A program made the translations under genes and the position numbers. Below are positions 1 to 8,344 of a stretch of DNA of 64,000 nucleotides, in pieces. The stretch is from IMG/VR virus record IMGVR_UViG_3300025405_000009, positions 134,848 to 198,847 of that record; one strand, given 5' to 3'. Origin of the DNA: a virus. The notes below the pieces were generated by a model. That model made no database searches, had not been told where the DNA came from, and saw nothing but the letters and a program-made list of their open reading frames with translations. Within the stretch, counting starts at the first letter, position 1. Every line of letters begins with the position of its first letter.

Positions 1-823
1 GGTATGATGACAGTGATGTTAAATTTGATGTGAAAGTAAAATATGAACCTGTAAGTGTTGTTTGATCTAAACCATAATTCCAAGTTCTATATCCGCTTAA
101 AAATACACCATTAACATTTAAGTTTTGTATTTTAAACTCTGTTACATCTTCACCTGTTGCAAATCCTAAGCAACAATAAACACTATCCGGCCACCAAGCA
201 GTAGTCGGTAAAATATAATTTACAAAATTAGAAAATAAGTTATCCGTTGGGCGCTTCATATCAACGACAACACGTTGACCAAAGTCAGTTAAACGCACAC
301 GGATTCTATTATATGTAACAGTGTTTGTATTACCAAAAGAACCAGTATTTGTATAAAAAACTGTACTAAAGGGAAATGAGCTACCTGAGACATCACCACT
401 ATTATACAAGAAATTATAATTATTGTCGAATGAGTCACGGATTGTTATTGAATTCGGTACTGGTACATTCAAACCATTAACTCCAAAATTATTTGTACCA
501 AAATTTCCTGTTATATCAAAGCCAATACCAAGCGCTCCTCGATATACACCAGGAAATGAACTTAAAGATGCACCACTCAAAGCACTTACACCTTGTACTG
601 GACTATAACATAACCCTGGACCTGGTCCACCCCCAGATATTGCACTCAATGTACTAGTAAAGAATACACTAAACCCTTCACCACCGGCAGTACCAGGTCC
701 ATAACATGCATAATCAAAAGTTACAACAATATCTTTTGATATATCGAATCCCTGATTAAGGAATACAACACCTGCATTAGCATTCGGTTCTAACAAATAA
801 TTATATGGTAGAGATGTTGGCAT
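1..823 (-). CDS. L-type (legume/ConA-like) lectin-domain protein, partial (runs off window start)
   Basis: Manual translation from ATG 823: MPTSLPYNYLLEPNANAGVVFLNQGFDISKDIVVTFDYACYGPGTAGGEGFSVFF...GALGIGFDITGNFG; open to position 1; CATAAATA box at 840-833. Absent from the ORF track because it has no stop in the window. Confidence 0.7.
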   Translation of the reverse strand, partial: MPTSLPYNYLLEPNANAGVVFLNQGFDISKDIVVTFDYACYGPGTAGGEGFSVFFTSTLSAISGGGPGPGLCYSPVQGVSALSGASLSSFPGVYRGALGIGFDITGNFGTNNFGVNGLNVPVPNSITIRDSFDNNYNFLYNSGDVSGSSFPFSTVFYTNTGSFGNTNTVTYNRIRVRLTDFGQRVVVDMKRPTDNLFSNFVNYILPTTAWWPDSVYCCLGFATGEDVTEFKIQNLNVNGVFLSGYRTWNYGLDQTTLTGSYFTFTSNLTSLSSY

Positions 824-876
824 TACATGAAGTATTTATGAATTAAGTTCAAGGATCCTACAGATTAAATATCTAT

Positions 877-2004
877 GTGGATTTAAATCATTTATTTAAA
901 AAAGAACCTATTACAGAAAACAATAAACAGCCTGAATATTTGACAATATTTGGATTTCCTACCTTTAGTAAGGTAGCAGCTATTGCTATTGACGTGGTTT
1001 ATTGGTTTATTATCTTTGTTGCTTATTGTTTTGCATTCCATGCATTGAATAACATTTTAATTACATGGAATTGGTTGTTAGTAGGACTTGCAAGCTTTGC
1101 TGTTGTCGGATTACCTTATTGTGTTAAGATTATTCTATTTGGACGCAAGGAATTTCCATTAAAAGCAGCATTATTGTGTTTATTCTTGAGTCTCTTACCT
1201 ACTATCTTTGATTTTACAGGATTTTATTCAGAAACTGGTCTTCAAGATAGTTTACAACAAAGTAAAGTACAGATATCTGAATCAATTTCATCGTTTGAGA
1301 TACAAAGTAAGAAATCTGCTCAAGATAAAGAACTTGAAATACAAAATACCGGTAGAGATAAGAAGACAGTAGCAGAACAAACTTTATTGCAGTCATCTTC
1401 AGACATACAAAAACAGGTAGAGGATGCAAATCAAGCTGTTTTAGATGAAAAGGAAGGTGTTAAGGGGAAAGCTGGAGATGGACCTAAAGCTAAAGAACTT
1501 CAAGCACGGGTTCGTAAGCTAAAAGCACAATCTGATATTGATAATCAACAATCTAAAGCAGAACTCAAACGTCAAAATGATGTTATTGACCAAGAAACAA
1601 ATGAAAAACTTCAAGCACTTAAACAATCAAATGTTTTATTGGGAGATAAACTTTTAAACTGTAAAAAAGAAGTCAATAATGCAGGAAACTTTAAAGCTTT
1701 AGAGTTGTCAGTAATAGATGCCAACAGTCTATTATCTTCGATCGCCTCTAATCTCAGTGTGTCTTATATCCCCGTGCGGATTATAGGATCTGACAACATT
1801 ATTAAAGTATCTTTCGGGTCTTTAACAACTGGAGATATTACAGCTATCATATGTTTCTTGTTAGCCTTTCTTATGGAAATAGGTGATATTATTATAACGT
1901 TTGTAATGCGTTATGAAAAGAAAATACCTACACCAATTATTAAATCATCGTCAGATGATACTCTTCGTCATGTAAAATATACTAAAAGTTACGATGGGTA
2001 TTAA
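877..2004 (+). CDS. Membrane protein with long coiled coil (DUF4407-like architecture)
   Basis: Three to four N-terminal hydrophobic helices, Q/K/E-rich coiled coil, C-terminal TM helix. Confidence 0.55.
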   Translation: MDLNHLFKKEPITENNKQPEYLTIFGFPTFSKVAAIAIDVVYWFIIFVAYCFAFHALNNILITWNWLLVGLASFAVVGLPYCVKIILFGRKEFPLKAALLCLFLSLLPTIFDFTGFYSETGLQDSLQQSKVQISESISSFEIQSKKSAQDKELEIQNTGRDKKTVAEQTLLQSSSDIQKQVEDANQAVLDEKEGVKGKAGDGPKAKELQARVRKLKAQSDIDNQQSKAELKRQNDVIDQETNEKLQALKQSNVLLGDKLLNCKKEVNNAGNFKALELSVIDANSLLSSIASNLSVSYIPVRIIGSDNIIKVSFGSLTTGDITAIICFLLAFLMEIGDIIITFVMRYEKKIPTPIIKSSSDDTLRHVKYTKSYDGY

Positions 2005-2627
2005 CCCTTGTACTTTTTTGAGAATGTCTTAGCTGTAGAAAGACAGTGCTTAGTGTATTTACATTGATCACAAACTCGATCTGAATTAAGATAAAGTTGT
2101 GGAGCAATACAGGAGCCATTCTTTGTATTTTCTACAACATACTCTGTTAAATTTGAATATGTACGCGGTTCTTTTGGAATCCATTTTACTGAAATTTGAC
2201 GTACTTCTTCTAAGCTCATTCGTTTATTTGTTTTTGGCTTCTTAAGGAGTTTAAGTCGTGCCAGTACTTGTTTATTTATGGAGAAAGGCTTTATATTAAC
2301 AGGGCGTAATTGTTTTTGAACTTCCTCAGGAGAAATTCTTTGACGAAGTAATCTCTTTGCTTCATTAGATACATAATGTTCAGCAAACGGAACTGGTCCT
2401 CCAAATTTTTTATTTCCCTTAGCAATTCCTGCCTTTGACACTCTTCGCTCTAACCCTGTAACAATACAGGTCATAACTTTACTCTTAATAATACTTTCAT
2501 CAACGACTTTTACTTTAACAGGTTTAGTCTTAATAGGTTTTACTTTTTTTATCTTCTTAGATACAGCCTTTACCTTGACCTTTTTAACGGTCTTTTTAAG
2601 TGGTTTTTTGACTTTTTTGCCTTTCAT
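2001..2627 (-). CDS. Lys-rich hypothetical with TCIVTG domain and C-terminal Cys cluster
   Basis: H1-like KKVK N-terminus; shares a domain with 3319..3618; C-x9-C-x2-C-x5-C near the C-terminus. Confidence 0.7.
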   Translation of the reverse strand: MKGKKVKKPLKKTVKKVKVKAVSKKIKKVKPIKTKPVKVKVVDESIIKSKVMTCIVTGLERRVSKAGIAKGNKKFGGPVPFAEHYVSNEAKRLLRQRISPEEVQKQLRPVNIKPFSINKQVLARLKLLKKPKTNKRMSLEEVRQISVKWIPKEPRTYSNLTEYVVENTKNGSCIAPQLYLNSDRVCDQCKYTKHCLSTAKTFSKKYKG

Positions 2628-2702
2628 GTGCTGGTTATATTATAGAGTTAAAAAAATAATTCAAGAGTTGATTTATTGAAATATATAGTCTAGTATGCTG
2701 TC

Positions 2703-2954
2703 ATGCCTTACATTACACAAGAAAAAAGAGACAACTTTATGACTGGAAACGGTACTATAGAGAATCCTGGTGACCTAAATTTTGTACTTACCAAGGTGTG
2801 TTTAGAGTACTTGGAAAACAAAACAGAGAGCTATCAATCCTATAATGATATTGTCGGAGCTTTAGAATGTTGTAAGCTCGAGATGTATCGTCGTGCTGTT
2901 TCTCCTTACGAAGATGCAAAGATTGCTGCTAATGGAGATGTTTATTCAAAGTAA
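2703..2954 (+). CDS. Conserved phage hypothetical (MPYI...GDLNF...LECCKLEMYRR...PYED.KI..NGDV family)
   Basis: ORF track; family pattern recalled from other phages. Confidence 0.7.
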   Translation: MPYITQEKRDNFMTGNGTIENPGDLNFVLTKVCLEYLENKTESYQSYNDIVGALECCKLEMYRRAVSPYEDAKIAANGDVYSK

Positions 2955-2957
2955 TTC

Positions 2958-3010
2958 TTGCAATAATCTAAAATCACTATAATATCAAATTTATGAAACA
3001 AAAGGAGGTG
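2958..3010 (+). promoter_or_regulatory. sigma70-like promoter plus strong Shine-Dalgarno
   Basis: TTGCAA 2958-2963, N16, TAATAT 2980-2985; AAGGAGGTG 3002-3010, 8 nt before ATG 3019. Confidence 0.65.
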
Positions 3011-3018
3011 AAATAACA

Positions 3019-3213
3019 ATGATCGATTACACAAATAAGAATCTCCGTCCAAAGACGTTTTTCGTCAAGATGGAGCGTAACCGTGACGGTAGTTTTACCG
3101 TTAAGCGCGCTAAGGTCCTCGAGAAGACCAATCAGTTCGAGCGCAGCACACGTCAGGTTGATGCACGCGACTTCACTCGCGCCATCCGCACAAACGATAT
3201 TACCGTTGCTTAA
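3019..3213 (+). CDS. Small basic hypothetical, probably highly expressed early gene
   Basis: Own promoter, SD and terminator; many C-ending codons unlike neighbours. Confidence 0.8.
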   Translation: MIDYTNKNLRPKTFFVKMERNRDGSFTVKRAKVLEKTNQFERSTRQVDARDFTRAIRTNDITVA

Positions 3214-3230
3214 TTCGGTATAACAATGAG

Positions 3231-3268
3231 AAGACCGGCTGTTACTACTTAGCAGCCGGTCTTTTTTT
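3231..3268 (+). terminator. Intrinsic terminator
   Basis: AAGACCGGCTG/CAGCCGGTCTT stem then T-run. Confidence 0.9.
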
Positions 3269-3318
3269 GTCAACTATTTTATTGCCTTTCTTTTTTAAAT
3301 TTCCTATTATTATCACTA

Positions 3319-3618
3319 ATGAATGCTGCAGAAATTAACGCTAGATTTAAGAAAAGTATCTCAAACGATCCTTCCGTTCTTACTTGTATTGTAACAGGAA
3401 AGACGAGACCTACTAACAGTGCATATTTGGAAGAGAAATCAAAGAAACTCGGTTCAAAAGAAGAGTTTATTAACCATTATATATGTCGTGAGGCATTAAC
3501 AATGCTTAAACAAGGGAGAACAGTGTATGATGTTCGATCTGCACTCGGTGTCTCTACAGCTATCCTACCTCCGGATGAGAAAAAACTTCTCCGTGCCTTA
3601 AAAATAAACGGAAAATAA
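3319..3618 (+). CDS. Hypothetical with TCIVTG domain
   Basis: Paralogous segment to 2001..2627; TTGCCT-N17-TATTAT promoter at 3282-3310. Confidence 0.75.
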   Translation: MNAAEINARFKKSISNDPSVLTCIVTGKTRPTNSAYLEEKSKKLGSKEEFINHYICREALTMLKQGRTVYDVRSALGVSTAILPPDEKKLLRALKINGK

Positions 3619-3655
3619 GCTTTTAATTCCTTTTGAATTCCCATATACTAATAGT

Positions 3656-4564
3656 ATGAAAATTAACCTACAGAGTACGTCGTTTACAGCAGTCAAAGAT
3701 GTTCAGATTCCTGACATTTACAATCGTCGCGTCAAGTCGGGTATTCCCGAGGTTGACGAAATGTTCGGAGGTGGAATGCTTCCGGGTTCAGTTACTACAA
3801 TCTCATCAAAGGCAGGTGTTGGTAAGTCGACGATGGTTCTTCAGATTCTTAACGGTATAACAAAGAACGGTCATAGGGTTGGATTTGTATCGGCGGAGGA
3901 GTCTATTCATCAGGTTGCCTTTGCCTGTAAGCGTCTTGGTATTGAAGATGTTGGTATTTGTAACGAGTCTAATGCTAAGAAGATTATCGGGTTTATGAAC
4001 GACGTTGACGTTATCGTCATTGATTCGTTCCATGCTGTCGATAAGAGCAATATGGAAGAGAAGGAGTTCATTGAGACTCTTATTAACCGTGCTAAGGAGA
4101 CAGAGTGTGTTGTTCTTATTATCTGTCATCTTACTAAGGGTGGTGTTATTAAGGGTACAAACCTGTTGACGTACGCTGTTGATGTCAATGTTTTTGTTGA
4201 ACTCTCAGAGGAAGAGCCTGGTCATCGTCGGATTTACTTCGCTAAGAATCGCTTCGGTCCTGGTATTGACTATACCTGTGCGTTTACTAGTCGTGGTTAT
4301 GACTTTACTCCGGTTAAGATAACCGAGGGTGCTGGTAAGACTACTAAGTCTGATAAGAAGGAAGAAGCTCGTAAGCAAATTCTTAGTATGAACGGTAAGT
4401 TCTCAGTCTCTGACGTTTGTACAGCTCTTAAGGTTGATGCCTCCAGGGCTGGATGGCTTCTTCGGGAGCTTACGACTGAGGGCAAGCTTACTAAGAATGA
4501 TCTCCGTGGCAATAAGTGCCGGTGGAGGGTAAATAAAGTCGAAGCAATCATAACCAAACACTAA
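3656..4564 (+). CDS. radA: RadA/Sms-like RecA-fold ATPase with C-terminal wHTH-like region
   Basis: Walker A SKAGVGKST, Walker B VIVIDS, ICHLTKGG, KNRFGP signature; lacks the Zn finger and Lon-like domain. Confidence 0.75.
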   Translation: MKINLQSTSFTAVKDVQIPDIYNRRVKSGIPEVDEMFGGGMLPGSVTTISSKAGVGKSTMVLQILNGITKNGHRVGFVSAEESIHQVAFACKRLGIEDVGICNESNAKKIIGFMNDVDVIVIDSFHAVDKSNMEEKEFIETLINRAKETECVVLIICHLTKGGVIKGTNLLTYAVDVNVFVELSEEEPGHRRIYFAKNRFGPGIDYTCAFTSRGYDFTPVKITEGAGKTTKSDKKEEARKQILSMNGKFSVSDVCTALKVDASRAGWLLRELTTEGKLTKNDLRGNKCRWRVNKVEAIITKH

Positions 4565-4565
4565 T

Positions 4566-4691
4566 ATGGCAGGCAAAGGATCAAAATCACGCGTAAGCGA
4601 CACAAAAAAATACAAGGAAAACTTTCCTAAGGCATCAGGCAAGGTTGAAGGCTTTGTAAAGATCAAGGGAAAGCTTGTAAAGAAATACTAA
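4566..4691 (+). CDS. Small basic hypothetical (MAGKGSKSR...)
   Basis: 41 aa manual translation; stop overlaps next ATG (TAATG). Confidence 0.6.
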   Translation: MAGKGSKSRVSDTKKYKENFPKASGKVEGFVKIKGKLVKKY

Positions 4692-5329
4692 TGACACCAG
4701 AAAAATTCCAAGCACGCAATCATGCTTTACGGTGTGATTTTGCTGACCTTGAGACCTATAAAAAGTCTTTTAGTCGTAAGTTTTGGAACTTTATGGACGA
4801 TAAGTTTAGTATTCGTAGTGTATGGGATGTACTTCCATTCCGTTGGAAGCTACGATACTACGATAAGATTCGTCCAATCTTTGCTCCAGAAAATAATCGT
4901 ATTCGTAAGGCAATTCCACGTACCTGGACAGACACATCTCACCTTATTGAGATTATAAATTTTGAGTTTATTAAGAGTTTTTATGAAACAGAATACCTTC
5001 ATGGTCACACTGATTGGGAGGGTACAGGTGAGCACGCTGTAGCGTTCGCTAAATGGCTTGAATCTGCTTACAATTATATTACTATTGAACGACCACAGCT
5101 AGAAAAAGATATGGATAATGCCTATCCACCTCATCAACCACTCAAGGAAATGTTTGTACCGTGTGAGACAGATGATAAGGGTAAGGTTAAGATGTTTAAG
5201 ATGACACCACGAGAAGAGTCATACGAAGAACTCTATGGAGAGGTTAATCGTCTTGAGCAACTTATTCAAGATAAAGATAGTGATATTCTAACACAACTTG
5301 TTAAATATCGTTACTTCTTTTGGTCATAA
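4691..5329 (+). CDS. Hypothetical protein
   Basis: ORF track, 212 aa. Confidence 0.75.
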   Translation: MTPEKFQARNHALRCDFADLETYKKSFSRKFWNFMDDKFSIRSVWDVLPFRWKLRYYDKIRPIFAPENNRIRKAIPRTWTDTSHLIEIINFEFIKSFYETEYLHGHTDWEGTGEHAVAFAKWLESAYNYITIERPQLEKDMDNAYPPHQPLKEMFVPCETDDKGKVKMFKMTPREESYEELYGEVNRLEQLIQDKDSDILTQLVKYRYFFWS

Positions 5330-5337
5330 AATTTAAT

Positions 5338-5421
5338 GGGTAGATACCGAAGCTGGACAAACGGGGAAGACTGTAAATCTTCTGGCTATTGCCTTCAGTG
5401 GTTCGAATCCACTTCTGCCCA
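5338..5421 (+). tRNA. tRNA-Tyr(GTA)
   Basis: GGGTAGA/TCTGCCC acceptor, loop CTGTAAA, long variable arm, GTTCGAATC. Confidence 0.92.
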
Positions 5422-5439
5422 GACTAAATAATATATGCT

Positions 5440-5679
5440 ATGACTCTTATGGATCACAATCCACCACATAATACAGCACCTATAATAGATCGCAATACCA
5501 TTAAATGGAGTGGGTATTTTTCAACGTCAGAGCAGGCAGATGAGCATTTAAAAGAACAGACTAAGCATCATGCAGAAAACGAAAATAAATTGGTCGTAAG
5601 TGCTAAGAAAGAGTTTGTAAACAGACATTTTAAAGGATATTTTCTTTATCGCTTTGTTGTAATATTAACAAATAAATGA
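5440..5679 (+). CDS. Hypothetical protein
   Basis: ORF track. Confidence 0.6.
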   Translation: MTLMDHNPPHNTAPIIDRNTIKWSGYFSTSEQADEHLKEQTKHHAENENKLVVSAKKEFVNRHFKGYFLYRFVVILTNK

Positions 5680-5888
5680 ACTTTAAAAAGATATTTGAAT
5701 CATTATTAACCGAACACATGCACTCTAAACAGAAGGCAGGCTATGTGGCTCATCCTGTTGATGGTCATCGCTGTGATGTATGTACGATGTGGAGACCTCC
5801 AAATAAGTGTTCTGCCGTATTCGGTGTTATTAAACCTGATGGTTGGTGTAAGTGGTGGAAGAGAACACATAGAAAGGATAGAAAATAA
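5676..5888 (+). CDS. High-potential iron-sulfur protein (HiPIP)-like, no Tat signal
   Basis: KAGY...P..G.RCDVC..WRPPNKC..V.G.I.PDGWCKWW: C-x2-C-x8-C-x12-C with GWC and the upstream Tyr of small HiPIPs. Confidence 0.82.
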   Translation: MNFKKIFESLLTEHMHSKQKAGYVAHPVDGHRCDVCTMWRPPNKCSAVFGVIKPDGWCKWWKRTHRKDRK

Positions 5889-6523
5889 TGAAGGTATACC
5901 TCGACATGGATGGGTTACTTGCTAACCTTTTTGATACAGTTTCCATGGGAATGATTGGTAAGCATTATAAAGCACTAACGGAACCTGAAAAAGAACATAC
6001 ACGTCAAATTTGGACAGATAGAGAAGGTAAAGCTAAAGAGTTCTTTCAAAAACAGGGTGGAGTTAAGAAGTTTTTTGCCGATCTTCCTACTTTTGGCCCT
6101 CTAACTGACGCTATTATTAACACAGTTGTGAAAGAGGTAGGAGGTTATAGTATTTGCTCCTGTCCTGCTGGTATTGATGAACAGGCTTCAGAAGCTGGAA
6201 AGAGAATTTGGATTCATAAGCACCTTAACCCACTTCCTGATGAAATGTCCTTTGTTAGAGATAAAACTATTAACGCAATTAATAAAGAAACAGGTAAGCC
6301 CAATGTTCTTATTGATGATTTTCCAAAATATATTAAAGAATGGAAAGCAGCTGGTGGTATTCCAATAGAAATGCGTACAGATAGCTTGAATAGTCCAGAA
6401 GAAGTAAGAGCATTTCTCACTAAGAAACTTAATGCAGCTAAAGAACAAATTGATGGTGTACAACCTGAACCTAAAATACCAACGTTTGAGCAATACGTAA
6501 GAAAAGTGTTGCATTCTCTCTAA
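5888..6523 (+). CDS. 5'(3')-deoxyribonucleotidase (NT5C, HAD superfamily)
   Basis: YLDMDGLL motif I; LIDD motif IV; W..AGG. Confidence 0.8.
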   Translation: MKVYLDMDGLLANLFDTVSMGMIGKHYKALTEPEKEHTRQIWTDREGKAKEFFQKQGGVKKFFADLPTFGPLTDAIINTVVKEVGGYSICSCPAGIDEQASEAGKRIWIHKHLNPLPDEMSFVRDKTINAINKETGKPNVLIDDFPKYIKEWKAAGGIPIEMRTDSLNSPEEVRAFLTKKLNAAKEQIDGVQPEPKIPTFEQYVRKVLHSL

Positions 6524-6543
6524 ATGCATCCATAATTATTTGT

Positions 6544-7164
6544 ATGGGTATGTTTGATATAATTTTTATAAAGAAAGCACTTCCTCTTAATAAAGAGCTT
6601 AAAGCTCTAAAAGATATTAAGTGGGAAGAATGTGACTTTCAGACTAAAGATCTTGAAAATTCTCTCTCTATCTACGAAGTTACTAAGACCGGTAAACTTC
6701 GCTACCAAAAAGTAGAGAGGGAGTGGGTAGATGATGAAGGGGCTTTTTTTAAGGGGTATATGAAAGAGGTATCTTCTAAGTGGGTTGATACCAAGCATAC
6801 AGGTACAGTAAGATTTTATCATAATTTTTCTACTAATAAATCAAACGTTAATATTTTTTCAGATGTAATTGAAGATGATACCGATCTTGATGGATATGAT
6901 TGGTGGGTGGAGTTTGAAGCTGAATTCGTAAAAGGTAAGCTTACTGAAATTACTCTTACTGAAGCAAAGAAAGAACCTGCTAAGATTCGTATTATTCAAA
7001 ATATTGAATGGGCTAAGGATCTTAAGAAAAAGGAATCAACTCTTCATCGTCGTATTATAAAATTTTTACGTAAGTCAAAGATTTACCGCAAATTGATTAG
7101 TAGTTTATTAAAGCTTAATTCAATTATCTCTAGTAAGATTAGTTGGGTTCTTTATAGACTCTAA
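6544..7164 (+). CDS. Conserved phage hypothetical (MGMFD...FQTKDL...HTGTVRFY...W.EF.A.F..G)
   Basis: ORF track; recurrent phage family pattern. Confidence 0.7.
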   Translation: MGMFDIIFIKKALPLNKELKALKDIKWEECDFQTKDLENSLSIYEVTKTGKLRYQKVEREWVDDEGAFFKGYMKEVSSKWVDTKHTGTVRFYHNFSTNKSNVNIFSDVIEDDTDLDGYDWWVEFEAEFVKGKLTEITLTEAKKEPAKIRIIQNIEWAKDLKKKESTLHRRIIKFLRKSKIYRKLISSLLKLNSIISSKISWVLYRL

Positions 7165-7186
7165 TTGTTCTTTGATAAATAATTTT

Positions 7187-7637
7187 GGGGGCGTACTGGT
7201 TTCGACTTATACTCGAAGTTTGTATGGCACGTAGTGGTTAATCAGTTGGCCACTTTAAAAAGCTGATTAAAAACATAAATGCAGAAGATAACTCTGACGC
7301 TATCCTTGCGGAAGCATTGTATTGTCTCGAGAACGCTGACGAAATCCTCGCCAGCTTTGAAGAGCCAGCACTCCTAGCTGCCTAAGGAACCAAAAGATAA
7401 TCCTATTAAAGCTTTTGGAAATAAAAATAGGTTTAGAAGGTCTTGTGATTCTTAGAAAATTGAGTGCAAGCGGTGGTATGTGGTCGTTAATCACACATAC
7501 AGGTAGGACTCTAAACATGGATAGGTCGCTAGTGCCTGGTTACCTTTAGTCAACCAAAGTACGAAAGCTAGCTAAGCGTGTAGAAGTATAAATAGAAAAG
7601 TATAAACACAGGGGTTCGACTCCCCTCGCCTCCACCA
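7187..7637 (+). ncRNA. ssrA: tmRNA, 451 nt; tag AEDNSDAILAEALYCLENADEILASFEEPALLAA (7281-7385)
   Basis: 5' GGGGGCGTACTGGTTTCGAC; 3' GGTTCGACTCCCCTCGCCTCCACCA; G3-U70; pk1 (AGTGG/CCACT, AATCAG/CTGATT); ATAAAT-GCA resume context; tag ends LAA-stop. Confidence 0.95.
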
Positions 7638-7648
7638 TTTTATTTTAC

Positions 7649-7722
7649 GGGGAATTAGCTCAGTTGGTAGTAGCGATAGCTTTGCAAGCTATAGGTCAGC
7701 GGTTCGATCCCGCTATTCTCCA
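7649..7722 (+). tRNA. tRNA-Ala(TGC)
   Basis: GGGGAAT/ATTCTCC with G3-U70; ATAGC-TTTGCAA-GCTAT. Confidence 0.93.
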
Positions 7723-7743
7723 CAATTTTTATTAAATATATAC

Positions 7744-8106
7744 ATGGCTTCTACACGTTTAAGCGCAGCTCGCGATATAGCACATGGTAAATTTCCAGCA
7801 ACAGGAGTGAAACGATCTCCTAAATGGGCTGCTGTACGCAAGGAACATCTTAAGAATAATCCAAAATGTGCAATTTGTGAAGGTACAGAAAAACTTAATG
7901 TACATCATATTAAACCATTTCATTTACATCCGGAATTAGAACTCGATCCAAGTAACTTTATTACTCTTTGTGAAAGTGCAAGTTATGGTATTATCTGTCA
8001 TATTCTTGTTGGTCATTTAGGTGATTATAAAAACATAAATCCAAATTCTGTAGAAGATGCTAAAATTTGGAACGCTAAATTAAAAGAAGATCATTTTCAG
8101 AAATAG
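7744..8106 (+). CDS. Small HNH endonuclease in the tRNA cluster
   Basis: CAIC...LNVHHIKP...NFITLC...CH. Confidence 0.8.
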   Translation: MASTRLSAARDIAHGKFPATGVKRSPKWAAVRKEHLKNNPKCAICEGTEKLNVHHIKPFHLHPELELDPSNFITLCESASYGIICHILVGHLGDYKNINPNSVEDAKIWNAKLKEDHFQK

Positions 8107-8152
8107 CTTGCAGGAACCAATACTTGGTATTAATATAGATAAATAAATTAAC

Positions 8153-8226
8153 GCCCGGTTAGTTCAATGGTAAAACGAGGGTTTTGTAAACCTTAGTCGT
8201 GAGTTCGATTCTCACACTGGGCTCCA
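8153..8226 (+). tRNA. tRNA-Thr(TGT)
   Basis: GCCCGGT/ACTGGGC, loop TTTGTAA, encoded CCA. Confidence 0.9.
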
Positions 8227-8246
8227 TACTTGATCTTTTACATTTT

Positions 8247-8321
8247 ACGTCGGTGGTACATTGGCTGTGCAGCAGTCTCCAAAACTGCCTTAGGTAGGTT
8301 CGATTCCTACCCGGCGTGCCA
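8247..8321 (+). tRNA. tRNA-Trp(CCA)
   Basis: ACGTCGG/CCGGCGT, GCAGT-CTCCAAA-ACTGC, G73, CCA. Confidence 0.9.
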
Positions 8322-8344
8322 TAAATAGAATTATAGTAATCGGC

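Noticed and set aside
423-608. Plus-strand 61-aa ORF
   Set aside because: Antisense shadow of the lectin-domain gene at 823 to <1.
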